A stretch of 64,000 nt of DNA from Lactobacillus johnsonii (GTDB lineage Bacteria; Bacillota; Bacilli; Lactobacillales; Lactobacillaceae): positions 41,084-105,083 of the forward strand of contig CATLCE010000003.1 of the NCBI GenBank assembly GCA_949888035.1, given 5' to 3'. Of this stretch, positions 51,263 to 61,314 are shown piece after piece; the stretch's first letter is position 1, and each line of letters opens with the position of its first letter. The notes beneath the pieces are model-generated. The model searched no databases, was not told where the DNA came from, and worked only from the letters and a program-made list of their open reading frames with translations. The position numbers and the translations under genes are program-made.

Positions 51263-52084
51263 ATGACAGAAGTAGAGCAAGCAAAAAAATGGTTATCTGA
51301 TGCGGATGCGGTAATTGTTACTGCAGGCAATGGTTTTGCTCAAGAAGAGGGACTAGATATTTTAAGTGAAGAAAATTTTGACAATAATTTTGGCGAAATT
51401 GCTGAAAAATATGATGTTCATACGATTGGGGATGCATTAGATAAGAAATTTGATTCTTGGGGCGAGCAATGGGCTTTTTGGAGTGAATTAATTAATCAAT
51501 ATACGCTCAATTATGTTCCCAGTGAAAATATGGGGAATTTGAAAAAGCTCTTGGATGATAAGCAATATTTTATTGCTACGAGTACGTTTGCGCATTATTT
51601 TGAAAATAGTGGCTTTAATCCAAATCGAATCTTTAATGTGTTCGGTGATTGGACGACTATGCAATGTTCTAGTGGTGTTAATCACGGTCAAAAGAGCGAT
51701 ATTGAAGTAGTGAAGAGCTTTATTAAGGCTAAAGGAGCTGGACCAGATTTGGAAAGTTTGGTCCCAAAATGTGAAATTTGTAATAGTGAGATGGAAATCC
51801 ACATGCCATTGAATGCACATTTTTTCCCGGATACTGATGCGAATGCTCGCTTGCGTTGGTTCTTAACAGCTAATGAAGATAAAAAGGTAGTAGTTTTGGA
51901 GTTAGGGGTAGATGAAACTAGCCCTCAACTTCTTGATCCCATGATTAGTTTAGTCGATCAATTTCTAAATTGGCACTATATCACGGTGGATCTAAAGAAA
52001 GAGGACTTACCCGATAATATTCAGAAAAAAAGTGCAGTGTTGAATTCAGATGTGCATAGTTTGCTAAAACAACTTACTGAATAG
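51263..52084 (+). CDS. Divergent Sir2-like protein
   Basis: DADAVIVTAGNG, QCS..PKCEIC zinc site and VLELGV motifs. Confidence 0.7.
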   Translation: MTEVEQAKKWLSDADAVIVTAGNGFAQEEGLDILSEENFDNNFGEIAEKYDVHTIGDALDKKFDSWGEQWAFWSELINQYTLNYVPSENMGNLKKLLDDKQYFIATSTFAHYFENSGFNPNRIFNVFGDWTTMQCSSGVNHGQKSDIEVVKSFIKAKGAGPDLESLVPKCEICNSEMEIHMPLNAHFFPDTDANARLRWFLTANEDKKVVVLELGVDETSPQLLDPMISLVDQFLNWHYITVDLKKEDLPDNIQKKSAVLNSDVHSLLKQLTE

Positions 52085-52099
52085 GAGAATTGGAACTTA

Positions 52100-53056
52100 A
52101 TGAGTATTTTTGTAAAAGATGGTGTCCTCTACGTGTCTGGTGCCCAGGATAAGCTGCGCAAAAAAGGAAAAGAAATTCCTAAATTTCTGGATGACTATAC
52201 TCTTTTAGATATTGAAACTACAGGTCTAAGACCGTATAAAGACCGAATTACTGAACTGGGAGCGATAAAAGTTCGCAATAATCAGATTGTAGATAAATAT
52301 AGTAACCTAACGATTTATCCAAAATCTAATCGAGTACCTAAGTTTATTACTGACCTTAATGGCATTACCGAGGACAAGATTATAGCAGAAGGTATTCCGA
52401 TTAAAGAAGCTATGTCGGAATTTCGCGATTTCATCGGTGATGATATTATTGTTGGTTATAATGTGAATTTTGATTTGAACTTTATTTATGACGCAGTTGA
52501 AAAGTTTCACTTAAAACAATTAAATAATGATTATGTTGATGTTATGCGTTTTGCGCGAACTTATTATCCAAGAGAACGTCACAATCGGTTAATTGATTGT
52601 ATGCAGCGGGCTGGAATTGCTCAAGTTGAACAACACCGCGGACTAGATGATTCAGTTGATACTAAAAAAGTCTATGATGATTTTAGAGAACATTTTACTG
52701 ATAGTTTGCTTCAAAAGATGCAAGAGCAAATTAAGAATGTTGATTTGGTAAATGATAAGTTGAATCCGCAACAATTGGGGATGCGCAATCCAGTGCGAAA
52801 TAAGAATATTGTTCTTTCAGGTCATATTCATATGAATGTTGATGAAGCACATCAGATGATCGACAATATGGCTGGGCAAAATCAAGACAGCGTTGATTCG
52901 GCGACTAATTACCTCATCATGGGAGATCATGATTTCTTTAGGCGAGATAACGAAGATTTGAATAGGGCGCGGCAATTGATCAAAAATGGGAGTCGAATAA
53001 AACGTTTGTCAGAAAGTTTCTTCTTGAGTATGCTTGATGATTGGGCCAGAAATTAA
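52100..53056 (+). CDS. DEDDh 3'-5' exonuclease with C-terminal BRCT-like domain
   Basis: LDIETTG, GYNVNFD and HRGLDD motifs. Confidence 0.87.
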   Translation: MSIFVKDGVLYVSGAQDKLRKKGKEIPKFLDDYTLLDIETTGLRPYKDRITELGAIKVRNNQIVDKYSNLTIYPKSNRVPKFITDLNGITEDKIIAEGIPIKEAMSEFRDFIGDDIIVGYNVNFDLNFIYDAVEKFHLKQLNNDYVDVMRFARTYYPRERHNRLIDCMQRAGIAQVEQHRGLDDSVDTKKVYDDFREHFTDSLLQKMQEQIKNVDLVNDKLNPQQLGMRNPVRNKNIVLSGHIHMNVDEAHQMIDNMAGQNQDSVDSATNYLIMGDHDFFRRDNEDLNRARQLIKNGSRIKRLSESFFLSMLDDWARN

Positions 53057-53151
53057 GTTAAAGTAGCGATTTTAATCGCTACTTTTATTTTTTTGTTGTA
53101 ATGAAATAATACATGTACTACACTGGGAAAATATCCAAAAAGGAGATTTTT

Positions 53152-53985
53152 ATGGCACGTAAAACGCAAAAAAAGAAGCAAGGGACGCTTTATACAGTTA
53201 TTGGGGCAATTATTATTATTGCCTGGGGGATATTTTCTAAAGATGGAAATTTTAATTTAAACAACCTATTTTCTTCTAGTCCTTCTAATACAGTTAATAA
53301 CGCTAAAAGAGCGGATACCTATTATGGTGGCTTATCCAAAACAGATTATGATCAATTAGCTAAGCTTGATTTTAAGAGTGGGGATCGCGCATATATTGAT
53401 GTGAATCATAATAAGTCCACTTTGATTAAGAACGCGTGGAAAGTTAACAAAGTTATCTATTCTAATTTAGATAGTTTAAATAGAACATCGCATTCAAATA
53501 CTGCTTTTCTAGAAAAACGAAATGTTGCAAACGATAGCTTGAGAGTAAGACAGTTTGTCCAGCCAACAGGCTGGCATTATAATCATCGCCATGGGACGCA
53601 AATTTATAATCGTGGCCACTTAATTGCTTATTCAATCTCAGCAGGCATCGATCAAGATGGTAATTACAATCCTAACAACCAATCTGGTGATCAAAATAAT
53701 CCTAAGAATTTGTTTACCCAGTCGGCTTATTCTAATCAAAAGATTCAAACAATTTTTGAAAGCAAGGTACGCCGTGCTTTAAGAGAAAATAAGCGCGTGA
53801 TTTATCAAGCAACTCCAATTTTTAGAGGAAATGAATTAATGGCGCGAGGAATAAATTTGCAAGCTGTTTCTACAGATGGCAGTTTGGACTTTAACGTCTA
53901 TTTATTCAACGTTCAGCCGGGATTTGTTTATAACTATAATGATGGTCGTGCAAAAATTGATCGCCAGATGATCGTCAAACAGTAG
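53152..53985 (+). CDS. Membrane-anchored DNA-entry type endonuclease (EndA-like)
   Basis: QPTGWH, YNRGHLIAY and NLFTQ motifs; N-terminal TM. Confidence 0.88.
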   Translation: MARKTQKKKQGTLYTVIGAIIIIAWGIFSKDGNFNLNNLFSSSPSNTVNNAKRADTYYGGLSKTDYDQLAKLDFKSGDRAYIDVNHNKSTLIKNAWKVNKVIYSNLDSLNRTSHSNTAFLEKRNVANDSLRVRQFVQPTGWHYNHRHGTQIYNRGHLIAYSISAGIDQDGNYNPNNQSGDQNNPKNLFTQSAYSNQKIQTIFESKVRRALRENKRVIYQATPIFRGNELMARGINLQAVSTDGSLDFNVYLFNVQPGFVYNYNDGRAKIDRQMIVKQ

Positions 53986-54032
53986 TAAAATACCTATAAG
54001 AAGAAAGTTATTTCAGTAAAGGAAGTACAAAT

Positions 54033-55460
54033 ATGAAAAAAGACAACTGTACTGCAATGCTCGTGGGTAAGGATGCTACTTTAGATGGTTCAACTATGAT
54101 TGCCCGTGATGAAGATGGTTATGGCGGCATTAATGAAAAGCTTTTTGTAGTAAATAAAGCTCGCCATTATGATGAAGAATATGTTTCCAAATATAATGGC
54201 TTTAAAATGCATCTTGAAGGAGATGGCTGCAGATGGACTGGTACTCCAACTGCTGATGAAAGTGAAGGGCGTTGGGACGAACAAGGAATTAACGAATATA
54301 ACGTCGCTATGTCTGCTACTGAAACTGAGGCTACCAATGCTCGCTGTTTAGGTCATGATCCACTTGTCAAAAATGGAATTAATGAAGATTCCATGGTTTA
54401 TTTAGTTTTGCCATTTATAAAAACTGCTCGTGAAGGAGTTAAACGTTTAGGTCAATTAATTGAAAAATATGGTACTGGCGAAAGTAACGGGATTGCTTTT
54501 TCTGATAATGAAGAAGTCTGGTATTTGGAAACTGGTGCCGGTCACCAATGGGTCGCCGCTCGTGTCCCGGATGATTCATACGCAATTTGTCCAAATATTA
54601 TGGTGATCCAAAATGTGGACTTTGATGATCCTGACAACTTTATGTATGCAAGTACAATTCGTGATTTTGTTGAAGAAAATCATCTAAATCCTTCCCAAGA
54701 TGGTGCTTTTAATTTCCGTGATATTTTTGGTACTAAAGATGAAGCGGATGCATTTTACAACACTCCAAGAACTTGGTATGGTCAAAAATTGTTTAATCCA
54801 AGCATTGAACAAGATCCAACTAGTCAAGAAATGCCATTTACTCGAGTTCCAGAAAAGAAAATTGGTGTTGAAGATGTAGAAAAGTTTTTGACAAGCCACT
54901 ATAACGGTACGGAATATGATCCAATGGATACTTATTCTTCTGGGGATGAAAAGAAGCAAAAGATGTTTCGTTCGATTGCCCTTGATAGAAACCAAGAATC
55001 AAGTATTTTACAAATTAGAAATGATGTGCCAAAAGAATTAGCGGGTGTTCAATGGATTAATATGGGATTCTATGCTTATTCTCCATATGTTCCTTTCTAC
55101 ACTAATATTGAAAACACTCCAGCTAACTATCAAGTTGCCGACCATACAGTTGATCCTGATCACAGTGCATATTGGCTATATAAGACCTTACAAGTGTTGG
55201 TAGAGCCACGCTACCATCAATATATTTATCAAATTAATGCTTATCGTGATGAATGCCAAAGCTACGGGGTAGGTCGAGTTTCAGAAATTGATAAAGAGGC
55301 AAAAGATAAGCATGGAGATATGTTAACTAGCTTTTTGACCTCTGCTAATGAAGTAACTGCAAATGAAATCACTAAGAAAACAAAGACTTTAATGAGTGAT
55401 TTAGTTCGTCAAGCCTTAAATTCATCTAAATATCAATTTGAACGTGGTGACAATTTATAA
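54033..55460 (+). CDS. pepD: C69 family dipeptidase
   Basis: CTAMLVGKDATLDGSTMIARDED, GINE and SATET motifs. Confidence 0.9.
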   Translation: MKKDNCTAMLVGKDATLDGSTMIARDEDGYGGINEKLFVVNKARHYDEEYVSKYNGFKMHLEGDGCRWTGTPTADESEGRWDEQGINEYNVAMSATETEATNARCLGHDPLVKNGINEDSMVYLVLPFIKTAREGVKRLGQLIEKYGTGESNGIAFSDNEEVWYLETGAGHQWVAARVPDDSYAICPNIMVIQNVDFDDPDNFMYASTIRDFVEENHLNPSQDGAFNFRDIFGTKDEADAFYNTPRTWYGQKLFNPSIEQDPTSQEMPFTRVPEKKIGVEDVEKFLTSHYNGTEYDPMDTYSSGDEKKQKMFRSIALDRNQESSILQIRNDVPKELAGVQWINMGFYAYSPYVPFYTNIENTPANYQVADHTVDPDHSAYWLYKTLQVLVEPRYHQYIYQINAYRDECQSYGVGRVSEIDKEAKDKHGDMLTSFLTSANEVTANEITKKTKTLMSDLVRQALNSSKYQFERGDNL

Positions 55461-55549
55461 TAGTTCGGATTTTGATTTTAAATAGAAATCAGAATTGCAA
55501 AAAGGACTACTGAATAGCAGTAGTCTTTTTTATTTATGTAGATCATGAC

Positions 55550-55565
55550 ATACAATATATTGTAA
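55550..55565. promoter_or_regulatory. NrdR-box-like palindrome
   Basis: ATACAATATATTGTAA (14-bp perfect palindromic core). Confidence 0.6.
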
Positions 55566-55734
55566 ATCCGAATTTAAATTGATTTTTACAAAATAAAGTT
55601 TGTGTATTATAGAACTTTTTGAACAAAAAATCAATTATTTTTCAAGCTAATTAAAGAAATTACGAATTTTTTACGGATTTTATTTGTGATTTTGATATAT
55701 TTAGCTTAAAATTGATAAAGAAATTCTGTAACAA

Positions 55735-55750
55735 TAACAAGATGTAGTGG
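55735..55750. promoter_or_regulatory. Second NrdR-box-like site near the ABC operon start
   Basis: TAACAAGATGTAGTGG retains the CwAnATnTwG core. Confidence 0.5.
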
Positions 55751-55761
55751 TGTATGAATTT

Positions 55762-56847
55762 ATGAATGATAACAAGTTTGTTGAAGTAAATAATCTGAAA
55801 AAGGTGTACGACAACGGTCACCAGGCTATCAAGAACGTTAGCTTTCATGTTAAAAAAGGTGATTTAGTATGTTTGCTCGGACCTTCTGGATGTGGAAAAA
55901 CAACTATTTTAAATATTTTGGCTGGTCTTCTTAATCCAACAAGTGGAGATATTTTATTTGATGGCAAGTCTGTTGTTAATACTGCATCAAAAGATCGTCA
56001 AATCGGATATGTTTTCCAAAATTATGCTTTATATCCACATATGACAGTTTTGCAAAATGTAATGTTCCCTTTGACTGTCGGTAAACAAAAAATGCCTGGA
56101 GATAAGGCTAAGGAAATTGCAGAAAAGTATATGGAATTAACTCAAATTTCTGATTTTGCTAATCAAAAGCCAGGTCAATTATCCGGAGGACAGCAACAGC
56201 GTGTCGCAATTGCCAGAGCCTTAGTTCAAGAACCTAAAATCTTGCTCATGGATGAACCTTTGAGTAATTTGGACGCACGCTTGCGTTTGAAGATTCGTGA
56301 AGAAATTCGTTCTTTGGTTAAAGAAGTTGGAATTACCACCTTATTTGTTACGCATGATCAAGAAGAGGCCTTATCAATTGGAGATAAGATTATTCTCTTC
56401 AATGAAGGCGTGATCCAACAGGATGATTTAGGTCAAAACTTCTACTTAGAACCAAACAATTACTTTGTTGCTAACTTTGTTGGTAATCCAGTGATTGATA
56501 ACTTTAAAGTAAAAATTCAGGACGGCAAACTTATTGGGTCTGATTTTGAATTAAATGTGAATGATTTACAACAAGCTCGCTTTAAGCGTCAATTGACAGA
56601 TGGAGACTATATTTTGTCAGTTCGTCCTGAAAATATTTTGCCAAGTAACGATGGAAATGTATCTGCTCATATTGATGACGTTGAATTAATTGGTAGAGAA
56701 AGAATTTTGAAATTTACTCATGACGGGGTTCAGGCTCGCTCTTTAGTAGATCTTGAAACTCCTATTAAAGCTGGGGATGATATTAAGTTGGAAATGCGAT
56801 TAGATAGGGTATTTATCTTTACTCCGGAAGGAGAGAGGGTCTACTAA
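55762..56847 (+). CDS. CUT1-type ABC ATP-binding protein
   Basis: GPSGCGKT, FQNYALYPH and LSGGQQQR motifs. Confidence 0.92.
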   Translation: MNDNKFVEVNNLKKVYDNGHQAIKNVSFHVKKGDLVCLLGPSGCGKTTILNILAGLLNPTSGDILFDGKSVVNTASKDRQIGYVFQNYALYPHMTVLQNVMFPLTVGKQKMPGDKAKEIAEKYMELTQISDFANQKPGQLSGGQQQRVAIARALVQEPKILLMDEPLSNLDARLRLKIREEIRSLVKEVGITTLFVTHDQEEALSIGDKIILFNEGVIQQDDLGQNFYLEPNNYFVANFVGNPVIDNFKVKIQDGKLIGSDFELNVNDLQQARFKRQLTDGDYILSVRPENILPSNDGNVSAHIDDVELIGRERILKFTHDGVQARSLVDLETPIKAGDDIKLEMRLDRVFIFTPEGERVY

Positions 56848-57713
56848 TGAAGCAGAATCAAAAAAAGGCGTGGCTATATTTAGCACCAACCATTATTTTT
56901 GTAACTTTCTTTAGTATTTATCCAATTTTACGAGCATTTGTAATGAGTTTCCAAAGCGGCTCATTGATCAACTTAAGTTGGACTGGTTTTAGCAATTATC
57001 AATACATTTTTCATGATCCGGAATTTTGGTTAGCAATTAGAAATACTATCCTTTATGCATTAATTTCGGTTCCAGTGGCATTAGCAATTTCAATCATGCT
57101 TGCTTGGCTAATTTTCAGTAAGGTAAAGAATAAGTCGTTTTTTGAAACTACTTTCTTTATGCCTTATGTAACTTCCACTATTGCCATTGGTATTGTCTTC
57201 CGTTATATCTTTAACGGTGATTATGGGATGCTTAACTTTCTTTTACGGGCCCTTCATTTGCCAGCACCTAACTGGATTGATGATCCCGCAATGTCTGTTA
57301 CTACCATTATTATCTTCGGAATTTGGACTTCATTAGCTTTCAATATTGTTATTTTGATGGGAGCTTTGAGAAATATCGATCCAAATTATTACACAATTGC
57401 TGATATGTATGGTGCATCAGGAACTGAGAAGTTTTGGCGAATTACCATGCCTCAATTAGTACCAACAATTGCCTTTTTGTTGACGATGAATATTATTGCT
57501 GCATTCAAAGTTTATACTTCTGTATATGCTTTGTTCAATGGACAAGCAGGGGTCGGCAATTCAGCTACAACCGCGGTATTCTATATTTATAATAAATTCC
57601 AAATTGTAGGTACTCCAGGTGTAGCAATGGCTGCGACAGTAGTTTTATTCATTATCATTATGTTTGTAACTTTCTTACAACGTAAAATGATGAAAAAGAT
57701 TGGAGGACGCTAA
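56847..57713 (+). CDS. CUT1 ABC permease
   Basis: 6 TMs; EAA-like loop. Confidence 0.9.
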   Translation: MKQNQKKAWLYLAPTIIFVTFFSIYPILRAFVMSFQSGSLINLSWTGFSNYQYIFHDPEFWLAIRNTILYALISVPVALAISIMLAWLIFSKVKNKSFFETTFFMPYVTSTIAIGIVFRYIFNGDYGMLNFLLRALHLPAPNWIDDPAMSVTTIIIFGIWTSLAFNIVILMGALRNIDPNYYTIADMYGASGTEKFWRITMPQLVPTIAFLLTMNIIAAFKVYTSVYALFNGQAGVGNSATTAVFYIYNKFQIVGTPGVAMAATVVLFIIIMFVTFLQRKMMKKIGGR

Positions 57714-57716
57714 GGG

Positions 57717-58541
57717 ATGAAAAAAATTCGCTGGGGTGTAGTTGTTGCTTATGTGATTTTAGCGATTTTTGCAATCATTACGGTTTTCCCATTTATTTAC
57801 ATGATTTTAGGTGGATTAATGAGTTTTCAAGAAACAACTACTATTCCACCAACTCTTTGGCCTAAAAATCCACAATGGAGCAACTATGCAAAGGTCTTTT
57901 CTCAAGCACCTTTTGGACGTTACTTCTTAAACACATTTATAACGGCAAGTGTAACGACAATTGTCAGTTTGTTTAACGCCTTACTAGGTGCTTTTGCGAT
58001 GGTTAACTTGCACTTTAAAGGTAAGCATTTTATTCAAATTATCTTACTTTCACTGTTAATGGTGCCGGGAGAAGCAATTATTTTTACTAATTATAGTACA
58101 ATTGCTCAAATGGGATTGTTGAATACTTATATTGGTTTGGTATTACCATTTTTGACTTCTGTATTTTATATGTATTACTTACAAAGTTATTTTGGATCAA
58201 TTTCTAAGACAATTTATAAAGCATCCATGATTGATGGTGCTAGTGATTGGGAATATATTTGGAGAATTCTGGTTCCAATGTCAAAAGGCGGACTTTTTAC
58301 CGTAGGACTTTTAAGTTTTATTTCTGGCTGGAATTCATTCCTATGGCCACTTCTTGTCACCAACGAAGACAGTATGCGTTTGCTTAACAATGGATTAACT
58401 GCATTTACTTCAGACTCAGGAAGTGAAACGCAATTGCAACTCGCTGCTGCAACCTTAACCGTTTTACCGATATTGATTCTATATTTTATCTTTAGAAAGC
58501 AAATAATTAGAGGGGTAGTACGTAATGACCTTAAAGGATAA
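57717..58541 (+). CDS. CUT1 ABC permease
   Basis: ASMIDGAS and WNSFLWP motifs. Confidence 0.9.
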   Translation: MKKIRWGVVVAYVILAIFAIITVFPFIYMILGGLMSFQETTTIPPTLWPKNPQWSNYAKVFSQAPFGRYFLNTFITASVTTIVSLFNALLGAFAMVNLHFKGKHFIQIILLSLLMVPGEAIIFTNYSTIAQMGLLNTYIGLVLPFLTSVFYMYYLQSYFGSISKTIYKASMIDGASDWEYIWRILVPMSKGGLFTVGLLSFISGWNSFLWPLLVTNEDSMRLLNNGLTAFTSDSGSETQLQLAAATLTVLPILILYFIFRKQIIRGVVRNDLKG

Positions 58542-59826
58542 AACTACAGTAACCTTTTATAATGGTTTAACCACTATTGGTGGACCAATGATTGAAGTTG
58601 CTTATAATGATTCTCATATTTTGTTTGATTTAGGAGAAGTTTATCGTCCTGAACTTAAACTAAGTATGGAAGATGAAGATTTTGAAACTTTGATTAAGTA
58701 TCAATTGATTGGGGATGTACCCAACTTCTATGATCCTAAAATTACAGGTAAAGAAATTGATAAAGATCGTTGGAAGCATGCTGCTGCTTACATCTCTCAC
58801 TTACATTTAGATCATAGTAAAGCACTTAATCTTTTGGCGCCAGAAATTCCACTTTATGCTGGTAAAATTACTGCTCAATTGTTGCCGGCTTTAAATGAAG
58901 ATGGTGACTTTTTATTACCTGCTGCAGGACATGACAAAGGTTATACCCGGGAAATAATTGCAGCTGAATATAAGAAGCCGATTCAAGTAGGCGACATTAC
59001 TATGGAAGTGTGGCCAAGTGATCATGATGCCTATGGCGCCACTGGCTTAATTATTAAAACTCCTGATAAAACGATCGCTTATACGGGCGATATCCGTTTA
59101 CATGGTTACCATCCAGATTGGGTACATAATTTTTTAAAGGCTGCCGAGCATTGCGATATGTTTATTATTGAAGGTACTGGTGTTTCTTGGCCTGAAGAAA
59201 AGCATGACGAAAACAGCGAGGAATTTACCGGTCCTAAGAATGAAGTTGAGCTTACTGAGCAAATTGTTAAGTTAGAAAAAGAAAATCCTAAGCGCCAAAT
59301 TACATTTAATACTTATCCAACTAATGTGGAGCGATTGCTTAGAATCATTTCTGATTCGCCAAGAAAGGTTGTCCTTCATGCAAAAAGAGCCCATCTTTTA
59401 AAAGACAGTCTAGATCAGGATTATCCTTACTATTACTTGCCAGAGGAGAAAAGATTTAATGATTTAAATCCGGAGCTGGAAGTTTCCTATCAGAAACTTC
59501 TAGATGATGATCATGAATACCTTTGGCAAGTAGTCAAAAATTATGATGATCTCAAAGAGGGTGGCTTATATATCCACTCTAATGCGGAACCGCTAGGAGA
59601 TTTTGATCCGGCCTACAAGCCATTTGTAGAAAAGTTTGCGCAGAAGAAGATTGAGTTTGAAGCTTTGCGTTGCTCTGGACACGCAGATAAAGAAGAACTC
59701 AAAGAGATTATTTCTGAGGTTGAACCAGCAATTTTAATTCCAGTGCACACATTGCATCCGGAGCTGGAAGAAAACCCATATGGAGAACGGATTTTACCTA
59801 AGCGCGGTCAAACTATCGTGCTTTAG
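58525..59826 (+). CDS. Metallo-beta-lactamase/beta-CASP (RNase J-like) hydrolase
   Basis: HLHLDH, DHD, YTGD, SGHA and IPVH motifs; no signal peptide. Confidence 0.85.
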   Translation: MTLKDKTTVTFYNGLTTIGGPMIEVAYNDSHILFDLGEVYRPELKLSMEDEDFETLIKYQLIGDVPNFYDPKITGKEIDKDRWKHAAAYISHLHLDHSKALNLLAPEIPLYAGKITAQLLPALNEDGDFLLPAAGHDKGYTREIIAAEYKKPIQVGDITMEVWPSDHDAYGATGLIIKTPDKTIAYTGDIRLHGYHPDWVHNFLKAAEHCDMFIIEGTGVSWPEEKHDENSEEFTGPKNEVELTEQIVKLEKENPKRQITFNTYPTNVERLLRIISDSPRKVVLHAKRAHLLKDSLDQDYPYYYLPEEKRFNDLNPELEVSYQKLLDDDHEYLWQVVKNYDDLKEGGLYIHSNAEPLGDFDPAYKPFVEKFAQKKIEFEALRCSGHADKEELKEIISEVEPAILIPVHTLHPELEENPYGERILPKRGQTIVL

Positions 59827-59875
59827 TGAATCAAAAAAATTGTTATTTAGTTTTATTTTGGGAGGATTTATCCAA

Positions 59876-61177
59876 ATGAAGTTTAGTAAGAAACTTGCTA
59901 TGGCGGCTGTTGCTGGTTTAGCTTTGATTGGGACTGCTGCATGTTCAAACGGTGGCAGCAAATCTTCATCAAGTTCTGAGAAGATTCCATCAAAGATTAC
60001 TAAAAAGACTACTGTTGTTTTCTGGCATGGTATGGTTGGTGTTCAACAATCTACTTTGCAAAAGTTGACTAAGGAATTCGAAAAAGAAAATCCTAAGATC
60101 ACTGTTAAGCTTGAAAATCAAGGTGCATACAACGATTTACAAGCCAAAATCAATTCAACTTTGCAATCACCAAATAATTTACCTACTATTACTCAAGCCT
60201 ACCCAGGTTGGCTTTGGAATGCAGCGCAAAATGACATGCTTGTAAACTTAACCCCATACATTAACAATAAGAGTGTGGGTTGGGGAAGCGCTAAGGCTTC
60301 AAATATTAGAACTGAGTTGTTAGATGGGGCTAAGATTAAGGGAACTCAATATGGTATTCCATTTAATAAATCAATTGAAACTTTAACTTACAATAAAGAT
60401 ATGTTTAAGAAGTATGGCATTAAGAAGGTTCCAACTACTATGGAAGAATTAAAGTCCGCTTCGGAAACTATCTACAAGAAGAGTAATCATAAGGTTGTGG
60501 GTGCAGGCTTCGATTCTCTTTCTAACTACTATGTTTTAGGAATGAAAGATGATGGTGTAAACTTTACTAAGAACATTGACTTCAATGGTTCAACTTCAAA
60601 GAAAGTTATTAACTACTATGCTGATGGTATAAAGAAGGGCTACTTCAGAGTTGCCGGTTCAGAACACTACTTGTCTGGACCATTTGCTAACCAAAAGGTA
60701 GCAATGTTTATTGGTACTTCTGCAGGTGAAGGCTTCGTTAAGCAAGGTGTAGGCAACAAGTTTACTTATGATGTTGCTGCACGTCCAGGTAAGTACACTA
60801 TGCAACAAGGTACTGATATTTACATGTTTAAGCATGCTTCAGCTGATCAAAAAGCAGCTGCTTTCAAGTACATGAAGTTCTTAGTATCTAAGTCAAGTCA
60901 ACTTCAATGGGCTAATGCTACTGGCTATATTCCAGTAAATAACAATGTAATTACTTCAAAGGAATACAAGGCTAACAAGAGTACTAAACTTCCTGCTAAG
61001 CTTGATTCTGCAATGAAGAACTTATACAGTGTTCCAGTTGAAAAGAATTCAAATGCTGCTTACACTCAATTGAACAGCATTATGCAAAATATTCTTTCTG
61101 CAGCACAAAAAGATCAAAATGTTAACAATGCAATTAACACTGGTAAATCTAAATTTGATGCTGCTTGGAAGCAATAA
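59876..61177 (+). CDS. ABC substrate-binding lipoprotein (UgpB-like)
   Basis: Lipobox TAAC; FWHGM, PFNKS and TGYIP motifs. Confidence 0.9.
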   Translation: MKFSKKLAMAAVAGLALIGTAACSNGGSKSSSSSEKIPSKITKKTTVVFWHGMVGVQQSTLQKLTKEFEKENPKITVKLENQGAYNDLQAKINSTLQSPNNLPTITQAYPGWLWNAAQNDMLVNLTPYINNKSVGWGSAKASNIRTELLDGAKIKGTQYGIPFNKSIETLTYNKDMFKKYGIKKVPTTMEELKSASETIYKKSNHKVVGAGFDSLSNYYVLGMKDDGVNFTKNIDFNGSTSKKVINYYADGIKKGYFRVAGSEHYLSGPFANQKVAMFIGTSAGEGFVKQGVGNKFTYDVAARPGKYTMQQGTDIYMFKHASADQKAAAFKYMKFLVSKSSQLQWANATGYIPVNNNVITSKEYKANKSTKLPAKLDSAMKNLYSVPVEKNSNAAYTQLNSIMQNILSAAQKDQNVNNAINTGKSKFDAAWKQ

Positions 61178-61198
61178 AGCTGAATAACAATTTAGATG

Positions 61199-61225
61199 AA
61201 AAACAGGCCAATGGGCCTGTTTTTT
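61199..61225 (+). terminator. Terminator of the ABC operon
   Basis: AAAAACAGGCC-AATG-GGCCTGTTTTTT. Confidence 0.85.
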
Positions 61226-61314
61226 AATTATTTTAGATCGGATCATGATAAGATAGTAAAGTTGAAAAATGAATGTTACGATTAGATGAGTAATATTAAA
61301 GCAGGTGAGACTAG

